Below the pieces are notes generated by a model that was not told the origin of the DNA, did no database searches, and saw only the letters and a list, made by a program, of their open reading frames with translations. A stretch of 64,000 nucleotides of DNA from Camelus dromedarius (Eukaryota). The stretch's first letter is position 1; each line of letters opens with the position of its first letter. The DNA lies in contig NC_087437.1 of the NCBI RefSeq assembly GCF_036321535.1, positions 96,660,001-96,724,000 on the forward strand, written 5' to 3'. Made by a program: the position numbers and the translations under genes. Positions 39,996 to 51,720 of this stretch are shown here, one piece after another.

Positions 39996-40904
39996 TTGGG
40001 GAAAAATATTAAAGAAGCAAAATTTAGAGAATGTCCATGTTGATCTTTACCTTAGTTTAAAAAAATAAGTTTTCCAGATAAGACTCCTTCAAGTTATTTT
40101 CTTAAAATCAAAAGTAGGTCTATAAAGAGGGTCCCACCTGCCAAATTGCTAAGTATATCTCAGTTTAGTATCACTGATGATAAACAGGACCCTAGACATG
40201 ATGACTGCAACGGTGGGGTCAGATACCTCTACGGCAGAATGATGCCCATTTAGTAAGTAATTACTTTCTCTATTGCTGATGCTTAAAAGTCTCAATTTTT
40301 TGACTAGTTATCATTATATAAGTCAACATTCCTTAGTCAGAGGGGAGTGTGCGTGGTCCTATTAAGGCACATCAGAATCCTTTGAAGGAGTGCCTTGTCA
40401 AAATATACACACCACTCAACAGTGTGCTAAAACACACAACAGTGTTAGTTATGGGGACTGAGAGAGCGTGACCGTGAAAAACACCACTGTAGAAAATATT
40501 CTTGGTTAGAAAAGAGGCATATCAAAGCACACAGTCAATTCTACAGCTCCTGGAAAGTGAAAGGCAGAATATTACATCATCAGAAATCATGATGTCATTT
40601 ATGTCAAAACATGCATGTTTGATAACTCTCCAGACAGAAAGAATGAGAGAGATGCACACAAATGCACACCCCAAAATAAACATATAAACCTAGTTCAAAT
40701 GGTAAACACTTCATGTGTCAGACTAGGGCATGAAAACAAACACCTCAAAAGCACTCCATAAGCACATTTTCATTTATTCAACAAATATTAGAATTTATTA
40801 TGTGTCATCCTGTGCTCTAGGCACTGGAGGAACATAGGTAAACATGACAGACAAAGCTAAGTCCCAGCCCTAGGAGCACAGTGGAAGAGGCAGATGATAA
40901 GCAT

Positions 40905-41320
40905 ACTAATATTTGCATATAGCAAAGTCTTCTAAAATAGAGATGATCTCCCTCGAGAACAGAAGGCAGATTTGCTTACTATCTAATATACTCATACAAT
41001 GTCTTCTCCAGGGCAAAGGTTAGGCAGGTTTCCTTATCACCCATTACAAAACATCTGGGTTCCCAAGCTCAGGGTTCCTCAGCTGTGAGGGTAACCCACT
41101 AGTTGTGTATCATCTACCTGGGCCCCCCTGCACTGTCCCTAAGGGTCTTCAGGGGAAAGGTAAATCTATACAGACATGAAGTCATGCTGCTTGCTGTGGC
41201 AAGGCTAATGAAGTCTATCATCTCTGACCCAGAAATCTCACGTGTTTTGCCAGCATTCTTTAAGTTGTGGCAGTCTAACTTATTAGCTTGTACGTAAGGT
41301 AAGATATCAGCCCCTTCAAG
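40905..41320 (+). mobile_element. LTR fragment (MER68/MER77-like)
   Basis: gggttcccaagctcagggttcctcagctgtga...tctctgacccagaaatctc...ttagcttgtacgtaaggtaagatatcagccccttca. Confidence 0.55.
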
Positions 41321-41331
41321 ATTGCATGCAT

Positions 41332-41367
<36 letters not shown>

Positions 41368-42330
41368 CAGGACATGATAAGTGCTAAGAAAAAAATTAAG
41401 ATAGGTAAAGGGGGTAGCCCAATAGTGTTTTAAGGGAAGCAGTTTTACATACATAGGGTGATCCATACATCTGAAGAGATGCTATTGAATAGGCACTTGT
41501 TAAATCAATTGAAAGACTTGCCCTTGCAAAGATCTGGGAAAGCACATTTCAGGTAGAAAAAAACAACAAATGCAAAAGCCCTAAGTGAGGAATAAAACAT
41601 CCTAAAGAAACTTCTGAATCTAGGTTCTAGGAGGGAGTGTGAACAGATGAGATCAGAGAAGCAGTGAGGGGCCTGAATTTGAACAGTCTTGTAAACTATT
41701 GTGAAGAGTTCTCAGTGCAAGCCATTAGAAATTCTGAGCAAGGAGCTGCCATTGTCTTATTTACATGCTTTTAAAAGGTCCCTGTGGCTACTGTGTGGAG
41801 AACTGGATGGGTGTAAGGTATGCAGATAAGAAGAGCTGGAATGGAGGAAGGATGATCATTTATCAGGCTATTGCAATAGTCCAGATTTTGTCCAGGTTGG
41901 TAGTGGTGGAATTAGTAAGAAACAGTTGGTACCTAATTACTTGAAAATGCATCAAAACAGTAAGATGAATTAATAGATGCCTAGAGGAATGGATAGATGG
42001 ATAGATATGGGGTAATCAAGTATAATAAAATAATGGTAGGATCAAGGTGGGGATATATGAGTGTTTGCTGTACAGTTCTCTCAGCTTTGCTGCCTATTTG
42101 AAAATGCTTATAATATAACATTGGGGAAAATCACAAACACACAGATAAAATTCTTGGTATTAGGGTATATTTCAAAGGGTATACTAACAAGTTGGATTTG
42201 GGCTGTAAGAACAAGTCAAAAATGTTTTCCAATTTTGGGTCATGAAAAACTCTGAGAATAGTGATGCCATTTACTGGGCTGGAGATGATTAGAAAGAGAA
42301 GCAAATTCTATCCTGGGCTTGAGTTTGATA

Positions 42331-42462
42331 TATATATTTTTTTATTATTTGATTGAGGTATAATTGATATATAACATTATGTTATTTTTAAGGTGTACAA
42401 TACAATGATTTGCTATTTGTTTATATTGGGAAATGATCACCACAATAAATCTAGTTAGCATC
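42331..42462 (-). mobile_element. Very short L1 3'-end insertion with TSD
   Basis: ttgattgaggtataattgatatataacatt...aaatgatcaccacaataaatctagtta; 11-bp TSD tgagtttgata at 42320-42330 and 42463-42473. Confidence 0.85.
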
Positions 42463-45400
42463 TGAGTTTGATACATTCCTATTAGATATCAAGCAAAGAT
42501 GTTATATAGTCAGCTAGATATGCCAAGCAATGTTTGAGCACTGGAGATACAACAGTATAAGGATAAGCTAAGTTGTAATTCTATGGAAATTTTCCTCCAC
42601 ACATGATTAGGGCAATTTGAGAAGTATCAGCGTAAAGATAGATTTTTAAACCTATGTGACCAAATGAAAGATAATATGGAATATTAAGGAGGAAACAGCA
42701 AGGATTGAGGTCTAGCTTACTTCAACATTGTTTTGAGTTAGAGACAAGTTTTTTTGGGTGAGTATACTACACCTTAGATATTATGTTAGGTTTCTATTAT
42801 GGTGTAACATGCTGTGGAAACATTGCAAGAGCGTATGGGAATTTCCCTTTAAAAGATTTTACATAATCATTCATTCATGCTTTATTCAATAATTTTAAAA
42901 AAGAAGAAAATCATTATCAATATCAATGGATTGATTTAGGTTGATAGATGTATAGCTGGATACACTGTAAGAGACATAACCTCTTTAAAACAAGTCCATA
43001 AATAGCACTCTCTCAGTTTCCATTGTCTGCTTGAACTCAGATCTGTGCAATTCTGTCTGCCTAGAAAAAGAACTATACAAAATAAGTTTGCATAAAGATA
43101 AATAGTATTGTAAAAGAAAAAACATGAGTCAAGCCCTCATTGGATAAACCAAAGTTAAAATATTATTAACACATTCCCCTTTAAATGCAATTTAACAAAT
43201 TTCTAAGTTGTTACTCAAGAAACACCCTCATCCATTTTCTTTGCTCTTCAGATATTTCTTTAATTCCTTCCACCAGGCCCCAAAAAGAAAGAGGAGTAGA
43301 AGGAAAGAGAAGAAATGAAGGAGGAACAGGAGAAGAAGGAGAAGAGGAGGACTAGGAGGAGAAACAAGTAAAAGGAAAATCTGTTTTTTAACACTCTTCA
43401 AAAACCAAATTGCACATGGGAAGTAAGTATCTCCTATAGATTGCAGGAACTACTGAAGCAGATATCACTAGACACACACATCCTACATCCATGAGCTCCC
43501 TTCAGTACTATATATGTACCCAAATGTAGGCAATGGGCTGACATGTCCATATTTTTATTATCAAAGATGCTATTTTAAACAGTCTGCTCAAGGATGTGAT
43601 GATCAGAATTGTTCTTTTTTGTATAATCATGGCTTTTTTATTTAAGATACCCTTTTTTCCTATGTTTTAAGAAATCTTTTTGACTTATGGTTCACATGTT
43701 GCCTAGAATCAAAGGTTATTCAAACAAAACCAGCTCAAACGTGATATTACTGCATAGTTGGAAGAAGAAATTTCAGGTTACTTATATGCAATTTAAGTTC
43801 TGAAATGGACTACATATGGCTATGATAATGAGCCCATTATTGAAAGGAGCACTTTGGCCAAGTGTATAAACCTATATGATATTATACATCTGCACTATGC
43901 ACACACATCATCTTTATCTCCCCAAATACCATGTGCCATTTTCATTTTAGAATATTTAAGGATTAAAGATTTAAAAAAAAACTTTCATCTTAAAAATATC
44001 CTTTCACCAATACTGTAAAATTATTGAATTGACAAAGTATGGAATATAGATGTAATTAAACAGTCTTGTAATGGTTCATATTAGTTCCCTGTAAATGATT
44101 ACAAAGCCGTATTTTTATCTAAAAATAAAGAAAATCTGGAGAACAAAGGCTATACTCGATACATATTCTCTTATATAATAGTAAATAAAAACCTGCATCT
44201 CATTAATTAATATGTATTGAGTGAGATAGTCTTTATTTATATCCCAAATGGAAAAGTTTGCCTGTAGTTCTCAACTAACTTAATATTTATTCTCCATGGA
44301 TTCTTACAAACACAAGATATGGAAAAATCATAAATGACATTAGCACATATCTTTTATGAGGATGCAAAACTAACATTTTTCATATACCATAAAAATGCAC
44401 ATATAAATAACCCACCAGGCAAATTTCAATGCAAATCTATGTATCATTTGTCACTGAATAAAATTAATTTCTGTGTCTAGCACGAGGAGAGTCAGTATAT
44501 CTTTGAAATGGTACAAGGTTCTCTAAATTTGAAATTCATGGGGAGAATACGCACATACTTCTAAGAAGGATAACAAATAGAAATCATTGAATCCTGGAAA
44601 AAGTAAGAAAGCCTCAAGACCCTACAAACCTACCCCCTCATTATACATGTGAACACCCAGTCCCAGTGTGCTGAAATAGCCTAGAGGGCAGTGTTGTCTA
44701 CATCCCAAATTTTCAACAATCCCCATGGAGTGGCTGTCATCATTCGGAAGTAAACCAAAGGCAATCCAATGTCAAATGTATGACTTACATACTAATTCAG
44801 TAAGCATCCATGGTTCCCTTTGCTTTTGACATAGTGGATGCTAAATATAAAAACTAGTTTCACACACACAAAAATTTAGTATTACCTTTTCAACTCCTCA
44901 ACCCTGGGCATTTTTCACCACATGACTATGAATTTTGCTGCACAATTATGGCCCAGACACAAATTACCCCCTTATCCCATAAAGTTAAATCAGAACAAAG
45001 GTCCTAGGTGTATCTGGGGGGGGGGGGGCATGGAAGGAAAGAAGGGAGAGAGGGAAAGGAGGGAGGGAAGCTAAGATGGGAGGGAGAGAGGGAAGGAGAG
45101 AAATGATGTCTTGCTGCTGCTGTTCCAGCAAGCTGGTTAATTGCATTTGTTTCATATATCTCCAAACACCCTGGTACATTAATTACATTCTGTAACACCA
45201 AGCTCTTCTGATTCCCTCTGTCACTTCCACTGAGCAATTTAATTGTATTCCTCCTAGCTACCCACTGATTCAAAAAAGGAAAAACTTGGTGGTAATTCTG
45301 TAGTCTAATATATAGTTTATACATGTATTTCTGGTATTGATATGTAAATTCACAGCTTATGAGGACCTATTATCCAAAAAGTTATATCAAAGTCTTCTTA

Positions 45401-46906
45401 TCATGATAATCAAAACACTTGGGACAAATATGAAAACCTTTTGTTATGGTAATGTAAACGTATTGCAAAGGTAAATGTATTGAAGAAGAAAATGGTGAAT
45501 GACTAGATAGGATCATAGATAGCGCCACAATATAATTCACAGTGATTAATTCCTATACATCTACTACTTACAAGAGAAAAAAGAAAGAAGGGGTGTGCCC
45601 ACATGAATGCCTTGCCAGTATCGCTAGGGGGGCATAGGTACTCATGTAGTCCCGCATTGAAAACAGCCACTTGACAGTAGGTAAACTCATCTGTATTGCT
45701 TCATGTTTACAGAGAGTCTTCCCTTTTGAGTCCCATACATTGGGCTCTGTGCAGCAGTAGCAGCTGCCAAGAACAAAGTTAGCTCCTACAGGCGGGCAAA
45801 AATAGGCAGTGTCCCAAATAATGACTGTGTCCACAATGCAAATGCTGGAGGAAAGTTTATGTAGCAACAAGCTACTATAATGGCTCAAGTATTCGGACCA
45901 ATACACCTCAGATTCTTTACAAGTACAGTAATTAAAAATCTAAGTACCACAAGCCACATATAACAGGCAAAAATATCATGTTCTAGTCTTCCCTTTAAGA
46001 CCAGTTCTTTGCATTGATGTAAACATTAAAGTCTCTAGAAGGTTTGTACCAAATGTTCTTTTGACAGTCTTCTTTGGAACAAACAAAAAAACACGTTAAC
46101 GATTACTTCCACTCATCCTTCAAAAGAGCTACAAAAAAGGATTTTGCAATCCTCCCACAAAAAACTGACATCCTGTGAAAATATCCCAGGAAACGAAATC
46201 CGAACAAAAGACAGGAGAATCAGAGGCAGAATGCTGTCTGCTTGACAAACTGACTTAACCTAGAGGGAGACACCAACAGCACCTGTTTCAGATCCCCATT
46301 GTGTTTGCCACTGGGGACTGAGCTGAGTGTTCGGTGCCCGCAGCCAGCCTACAGCTTCTGCTTCCCCCTTCCTGGAGCCTCGCCCAGTCTTACTTTTGAC
46401 AGTTTTCTCCCTATGATCTAAATTCTTCATTCTGATTTCACTCTAGGAGAGCACTCATCAGCACGCAGGTGATACACATTGATCTCTGAGATACCCAGTC
46501 TCAAATTCCCAACCCATTGTACCTTCACTGAGGTGTCTATTACTTCTCTTGAATTCCTAAGCCAAGGAAAGTTCAGACACAAGAACAAACCCAAACGGAG
46601 AGCAAGCCCAAGAGTTCTAGACTCGTTCAAGAGGTTTACTTTCAAATTTATTTTTCTAACAAAACTGAGAGCCCATTATTTGTTATCCAGCTCAACTAAT
46701 TATGTAAATTAAACAATAGGTGACTCCTAACACGTTCCACTTACAGTAGTTTAGAAACAAAAGACTTAAAACCTCTGCCCCCCAAAAGCCCCATGCCTGG
46801 CAAAAAGGGACCAACAGACATAATTATCATTTTATTTATAGCCCACATCCAAAGCAGAAAGAAATGTTTTTTGGAGGGAAAACAGGATAAAAGCATTTTA
46901 ACTTAC

Positions 46907-46967
46907 CATCAACCCGAATATATAAAAATCCACAGAGCAGTAGTTGTGTAAACATCAGCCGACTCAT
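46907..46967 (-). CDS. ROBO2: Roundabout guidance receptor 2, first coding exon of the ROBO2b isoform (signal peptide), phase-1 intron follows
   Basis: Reverse complement reads ATG AGT CGG CTG ATG TTT ACA CAA CTA CTG CTC TGT GGA TTT TTA TAT ATT CGG GTT GAT G|GTAAGT = MSRLMFTQLLLCGFLYIRVD(G). This is nearly identical to the recalled human ROBO2 N-terminus MSLLMFTQLLLCGFLYVRVDG. Perfect GTAAGT donor at 46906-46901, next to a CpG island. Confidence 0.95.
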
Positions 46968-47700
46968 TTTGACATATTAAAAAGGATCCAGATTGTTCAA
47001 GAAACCAATCCCAGAGAGTAAAAGTACAAAAATAAGTATCAAAAAAAAGAGGTAGGTCCAAAGTTTAGACTTTCCTAGCTGCTAATTAAAGTCAAGAAGA
47101 GCAAATGGCAAGATCAGAAGAGGTTAGTGGAGAGGTCTTGAATGGGGCACATTTAGATCCATCCGAATTAACAGAGGGCACTCCAAAGGCTGCTGTATTT
47201 CCACACTCTGGCTTCCTAAATTCCCACGAATTCAGCCCAGCCGGAGGGATTATTCAAGTGTGTCTAACCCTCTCTCCTCAGGCTCCATGGCAATCCAAAG
47301 CCAAGTTCTTTCTTCAGAAGTCAAGAAGGGAAGAAAAAGACCTAATTCCTAGAAAGTGTTCCACAAACTTGCCAGCGCGCTGCCGAAAAAACATTGGCCT
47401 GCCTACTGGTTTTCTTTCCCTTGGTCTCCGTCTCGGTAGCTGCTCCACGTCCAGAGTTTTTTCACTTAACTTCCATAATAAGGATGTGTCAAAGGAACAC
47501 TTTGCAGGCGGGCCGACTTGGCGGGCCTCTCCTTTGCAACCTCGTTGCCTCCCTCCACCTCTCTCGTTTCCAAAAGAGAGGCAAAAGGGAAATCGGGACG
47601 AATCGGGTGGAGAATCCCAACTCCTACGTGGTGGGGCTGCAGGGAGGGAGGGAAGGAGGGAAGGAGGGAGGGGCAGGGCTGAGGCTGCGGCCACCCCCCG
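46968..47700 (-). other. ROBO2: ROBO2b exon 1 5' UTR (TSS approximate)
   Basis: Repeat-free sequence running from the ATG into the CpG island. The ~0.6-0.7 kb length is inferred from recollection of the human transcript; the exact TSS is not visible in the sequence. Confidence 0.6.
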
Positions 47701-48400
47701 CGGTGCCGCCTCCCAGAGACTGTGAACCCGGGCAGCTGCGGGCGAGAGCGGAGCCGGGCGGTGAGCCCAGGAGCCCGGCAGCGGGAGAGAAAGGGAGCGC
47801 GCGGTCCGGCCGCCCGCCCGGGTCTAGCCGCCAGTCCCCCTGGTCCGGCCGCCGCCGCTCCCGCTGCTCCCGCGGCCCCGCAGCAGAGCGTCCGTCTCCT
47901 CCTGCAGCAGCCGCGGGTGGAAGGACTTAGAGGAGGGAAGGCGAGGAGGCGGGAGGGGAGGGGAGAAATGAAAGCAGCTTGGAGTCTGCCGTTGGGGGGG
48001 GGGGGATGAAGGGGTGCACAGATCCTCCACCTCCACACTCTACCACCCGCCCGCGCAGGGGGCGCTAGCCTGCTGGGCGGTGGGGGTGGAGGGGAGCTGG
48101 AAAGGGGAGAGTCCTAGCGGGACGGAAATTAACAAATTCGGAGCCGAGGCCGCCGGTCAACTCCTTCCCCTTCTCTACGCCTCCCGGTTCCCCCTCCTTC
48201 CCGCCTCTGGAGGGGATAGGTGGGCTCTAGCCTCCTGCTCCTCGCCGCGTCCCATTTAATGGGCAGGTAATTTTCTCAGTGAGTGATTTCATGGAAGCCC
48301 TTCCTAATTATTCATCCCTCCGTCTGCCGGAGATGCACGCGCTTTCTGGAAAAAGATCATCCTCCAGGACCCAGGGCGCAGCCTCATTACCCGTTAAAAT
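47350..48400. promoter_or_regulatory. ROBO2: CpG island promoter of ROBO2b
   Basis: Very high GC and CpG density (gccgccgccgc, cgcccgcccg, GC boxes) against an AT-rich, CpG-depleted background, directly upstream of the coding exon. Confidence 0.9.
48050..48069 (+). promoter_or_regulatory. CTCF-like motif
   Basis: cccgcgcagggggcgctagc matches the CTCF core (CAGGGGGCGCTA). Confidence 0.55.
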
Positions 48401-51400
48401 CACACAAACATTCACTCTTCATCTTTTAGCAGAATGAGAAGCTGAGCGGGAGGGAAAAAAGGAAAGGAAACAATATAACCACCTTTTGGAGCGGAAAGGT
48501 TGTGTAGGGGTGCTCGTTTAAAAGGCTCAAGAAATAAGAATGGGGGCGGGGGTGTGTGTGTGCAGAAATCTCTAGCCTCTTCTGGCTTGTTTTAGCCAAG
48601 ATCTATGGCCCCCTGAGGAATCCCGGAGAGGGGAGGAGGAGGGGAAGGGGTGGCATCCCCTCGTTCTGTTACTCAGTTGCCTTATGACCCCTCAAAGACA
48701 AGTTTGACGTGGGATTGTGGGATGCCAGGGAGTTCAGCTGACAACGCTTAGGATGGAGAGAGGGGATCAGGGAGCTTGGGCGGTACCCGAAGTCCTTACC
48801 CTCCAGAGACTAGTACTTCTGAAAGGAAATGCGGAAAATACAGGGATTGGGGAAAGCTGAAAACCCAACTGAGCTAACAGAAGCTCAAAAACAGCCGAAT
48901 CCCAGCCCAAAGATGACAAAAATCCTGAATATTAAGGCAGAACCCACCAACTGAATGCCATTCAGGACTGGGGATGATTAACGAAGGCCAAGTTAGATCA
49001 CAGGGATGCTAGTGTCTGGGGTGCCGCCGGTGTGACCGGTGTGGCCGGGCCCACGTGTGATCACAGGCTCACTGGTAGCTGTTTGATGCTTGTTCGGATG
49101 ATTACAAGGCGGGTTATGAGGACTCACGCAGGTTCCGAGCCGAGCTAAAAGCTCGATGGTGAGCCTTTAGTTCCCCCTACTGGAAAATATTAGAAAAGAT
49201 TCTTTTCGTTTGTGGCCTTGTGAAGCAGTTTGAAGAAGAGCCTTTGTTTGGTGGTACATTTCGGTGTTAAACCACTTAACTTAGCTCTTCCTTGCCTATT
49301 ATGGACGTGATACTGCGTGGTTCAAAAAAATGGTCAGTGGCACTCAAGTAATTAGGAGAGTTTTTAATGGCACCTCTTCATGCTTGAAAATTGTGGTAAT
49401 GAAATAGTCTTGAAAAAAAATAAAACATGCCACTCTTCTTGTGAAGCATTAAAAGTAATTTCAGCACATTTGTGATCTACATTATTTAGTTGTTTAAAAA
49501 AAAAAAATGTTTCAGTGTGCTGAAGTTAAATCACTTGAATTCCCAGAGTAATGATTCTGAATGTATTATTCTTTTACCACTCTGTGGGGAAAAAAAATGA
49601 CTAAATTTCACATGATTTTTTCCCCTGAAGGGCCAAGTCTAACTTAGGTTATGGTGGTCATGGTAAACCCCAAATTTCATTGAATTAACATCTCTCTTGG
49701 CTATCTTTAATACTGCTAAATACTTGGTAAATCTTTAAAACTTCCATTTTAAACATTCTGACTAGGTTTAGAGTAGGGATTACAAAGTCTACTTCATTTT
49801 TCTAAATAATGTACCACCATCACCACCTCCCACTCCAAGTCTCTATCTCAGTCAGATTTCCTTACATGGGTACAATAAGAAATATTCTGAAAGGAAAAGT
49901 TTCCCTAATAATAATGCAGAAATTAACAAATCATAAAGACTTAAAGAGCTTTAATTTTAAGATAGATCTCAGAAAGGAAGATATTGGAACATTTCATCTG
50001 GAAGAACTTTCTCATGGCAATTCATTTATTGATAGGCAAAAGATAGATTCGACCTCATATTTGTTAGATTCACCATCTACAGATGCCTTTTCTTAGGTGA
50101 GCTATACAATCAGAGGCAGAAAGCGTGGGTGTAGGGTGTGTGTGGGAAACAGGGAGTTAGGTTAGAGGAGAATGACCTAGCAATTGCTGTTGTCCTCTAG
50201 GGCAGAAAAATGTTGCTTCATATCTCACAGAAAGGCGTCCTAGTATAGAGTATGACAAATGGCCTCATACAGAGAAAAGGTTTATTTAATAGACATGTCT
50301 TTGGTTATATTTATTTGACATTTTGGGCCAAGCATCATCGTTTTGCATTCATGCTTTACCCACTAAAACTGACAAAGCAGGCGAGTGATTTCAGTCTGGT
50401 GCCACCTTTTTGCCACATATTACCTACATTATGTGATAATATCTATGACAAAGGAATTTGGGGGTCTATGTTTTCTGTTTGTCTTGAGGGTATGTTCATA
50501 AATGATGTTTAAAAAAGAGTACTTTGTCAGTATCTCATTTGATACAAAATGTGAGCAAGGAAAATTGATGGCTTTACATATAAGAATCTCATACCAAGTG
50601 ATGTCAAGATTATGACCAGAACTCTCACACTAACAGTTACTATTAGAGTCTACAGACAGAAATGTAATATGAACAACAGTGAGTCCGAGGGGAACAAAGA
50701 CACCACCTTCTGGGAGGTTTGATAAAGTCTGTATTAGAGAAAAGTTTGTATTTCAATTAAATTTAACACACTTTTAGTGAGCATTGTCTATGGAAGAAAT
50801 GGATTTCTCACTCCAAGTTTTTCTAAAAAGAAAATCTTTTAAAAACCTGAACATTCTAGTAGAAGTTGGAAATCAATTTTATCAGTGCTTTAGCTAAGAA
50901 AATTTCTTTTAGATTTTCATTAAGACAAAGCTAGAAATGGCTTAGAACAATGAACCCCTCCACCAAATCAGAAGGTTTAAGATACAGAAAATTAAATGGG
51001 CACACGTGCCTTCAATATCTTTCCAAATACCAGTTGTTTTTCCTTCTCCAAACAAGCAGCTGAACAGAGAAATGTACATGGAAATCTAGGCTCCTTTTAT
51101 GTAAAACTTGGAATGGTATTATTATGTGCTCAAAATGTTCCTACCAGATAAATATATATTTTAATACACCTAAAGACAACTGTGTGTCAGAGACTATAAT
51201 CAACCCTAATTTGGGTAAGGTGATCAAATGGCCTCTGTGACTGCACTTCTGAGTTGACATTCCTGGAGAACCACAAAATACTTATCTGAAGGCAGTCTGT
51301 ACAATATAAGATATAAAATATTAAATATTTCTTGTCAGTATCATATTCCCCAAGGATGTGGTATAATTTGAAAAAAAAAATTCCTTTTTTTTCTTTTTTA

Positions 51401-51479
51401 CTCTCTCTAACATACTATCATTATAGTTGCAAGGTGATATACATAGGCAAATCAACTGATCCATGATAAAAAAAAAAGT

Positions 51480-51720
51480 TAGCATCTACTACAATGTGGT
51501 GAACACTTGCTATATGTCAGGAATTGTTCAAGTTTTTAAAACTTCATTATATCATTTAAATCCTGTAAGAGCCTTATGTGGTCGATATTATTCCCATTGT
51601 AAAGGTGAGAAAACTGAAGGTTAGATATCTAACCCAAATTAATAAAAAATGCACTTTACCTTTGAATCCAGATATCTCTACAAAATCTATGCTCCTAACT
51701 GTTAGACTATGCTTCTCTGA
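51480..51720 (-). mobile_element. MIR fragment
   Basis: atattattcccattgtaaaggtgagaaaactgaaggttaga. Confidence 0.65.

Larger units (their letters stand above)
40770..42720 (-). mobile_element. Long L2 fragment interrupted by an LTR, (CA)n and L1 pieces
   Basis: catttattcaacaaatatt, aagcacatttcaggtag..tgcaaaagccctaag, ggctattgcaatagtccag, gtgatgccatttactg. Confidence 0.7.
1..46906 (-). other. ROBO2: ROBO2 intron following the ROBO2b first exon (continues beyond window start)
   Basis: Starts at the GTAAGT donor. No sequence encoding SRLRQEDFPPRIVEHP was found in the window. Confidence 0.8.

Noticed and set aside
47105..48259. Several long overlapping ORFs (up to 206 aa) on both strands
   Set aside because: Expected stop-codon scarcity in a CpG island and 5' UTR; low-complexity R/G/P/A peptides with no recognisable family.
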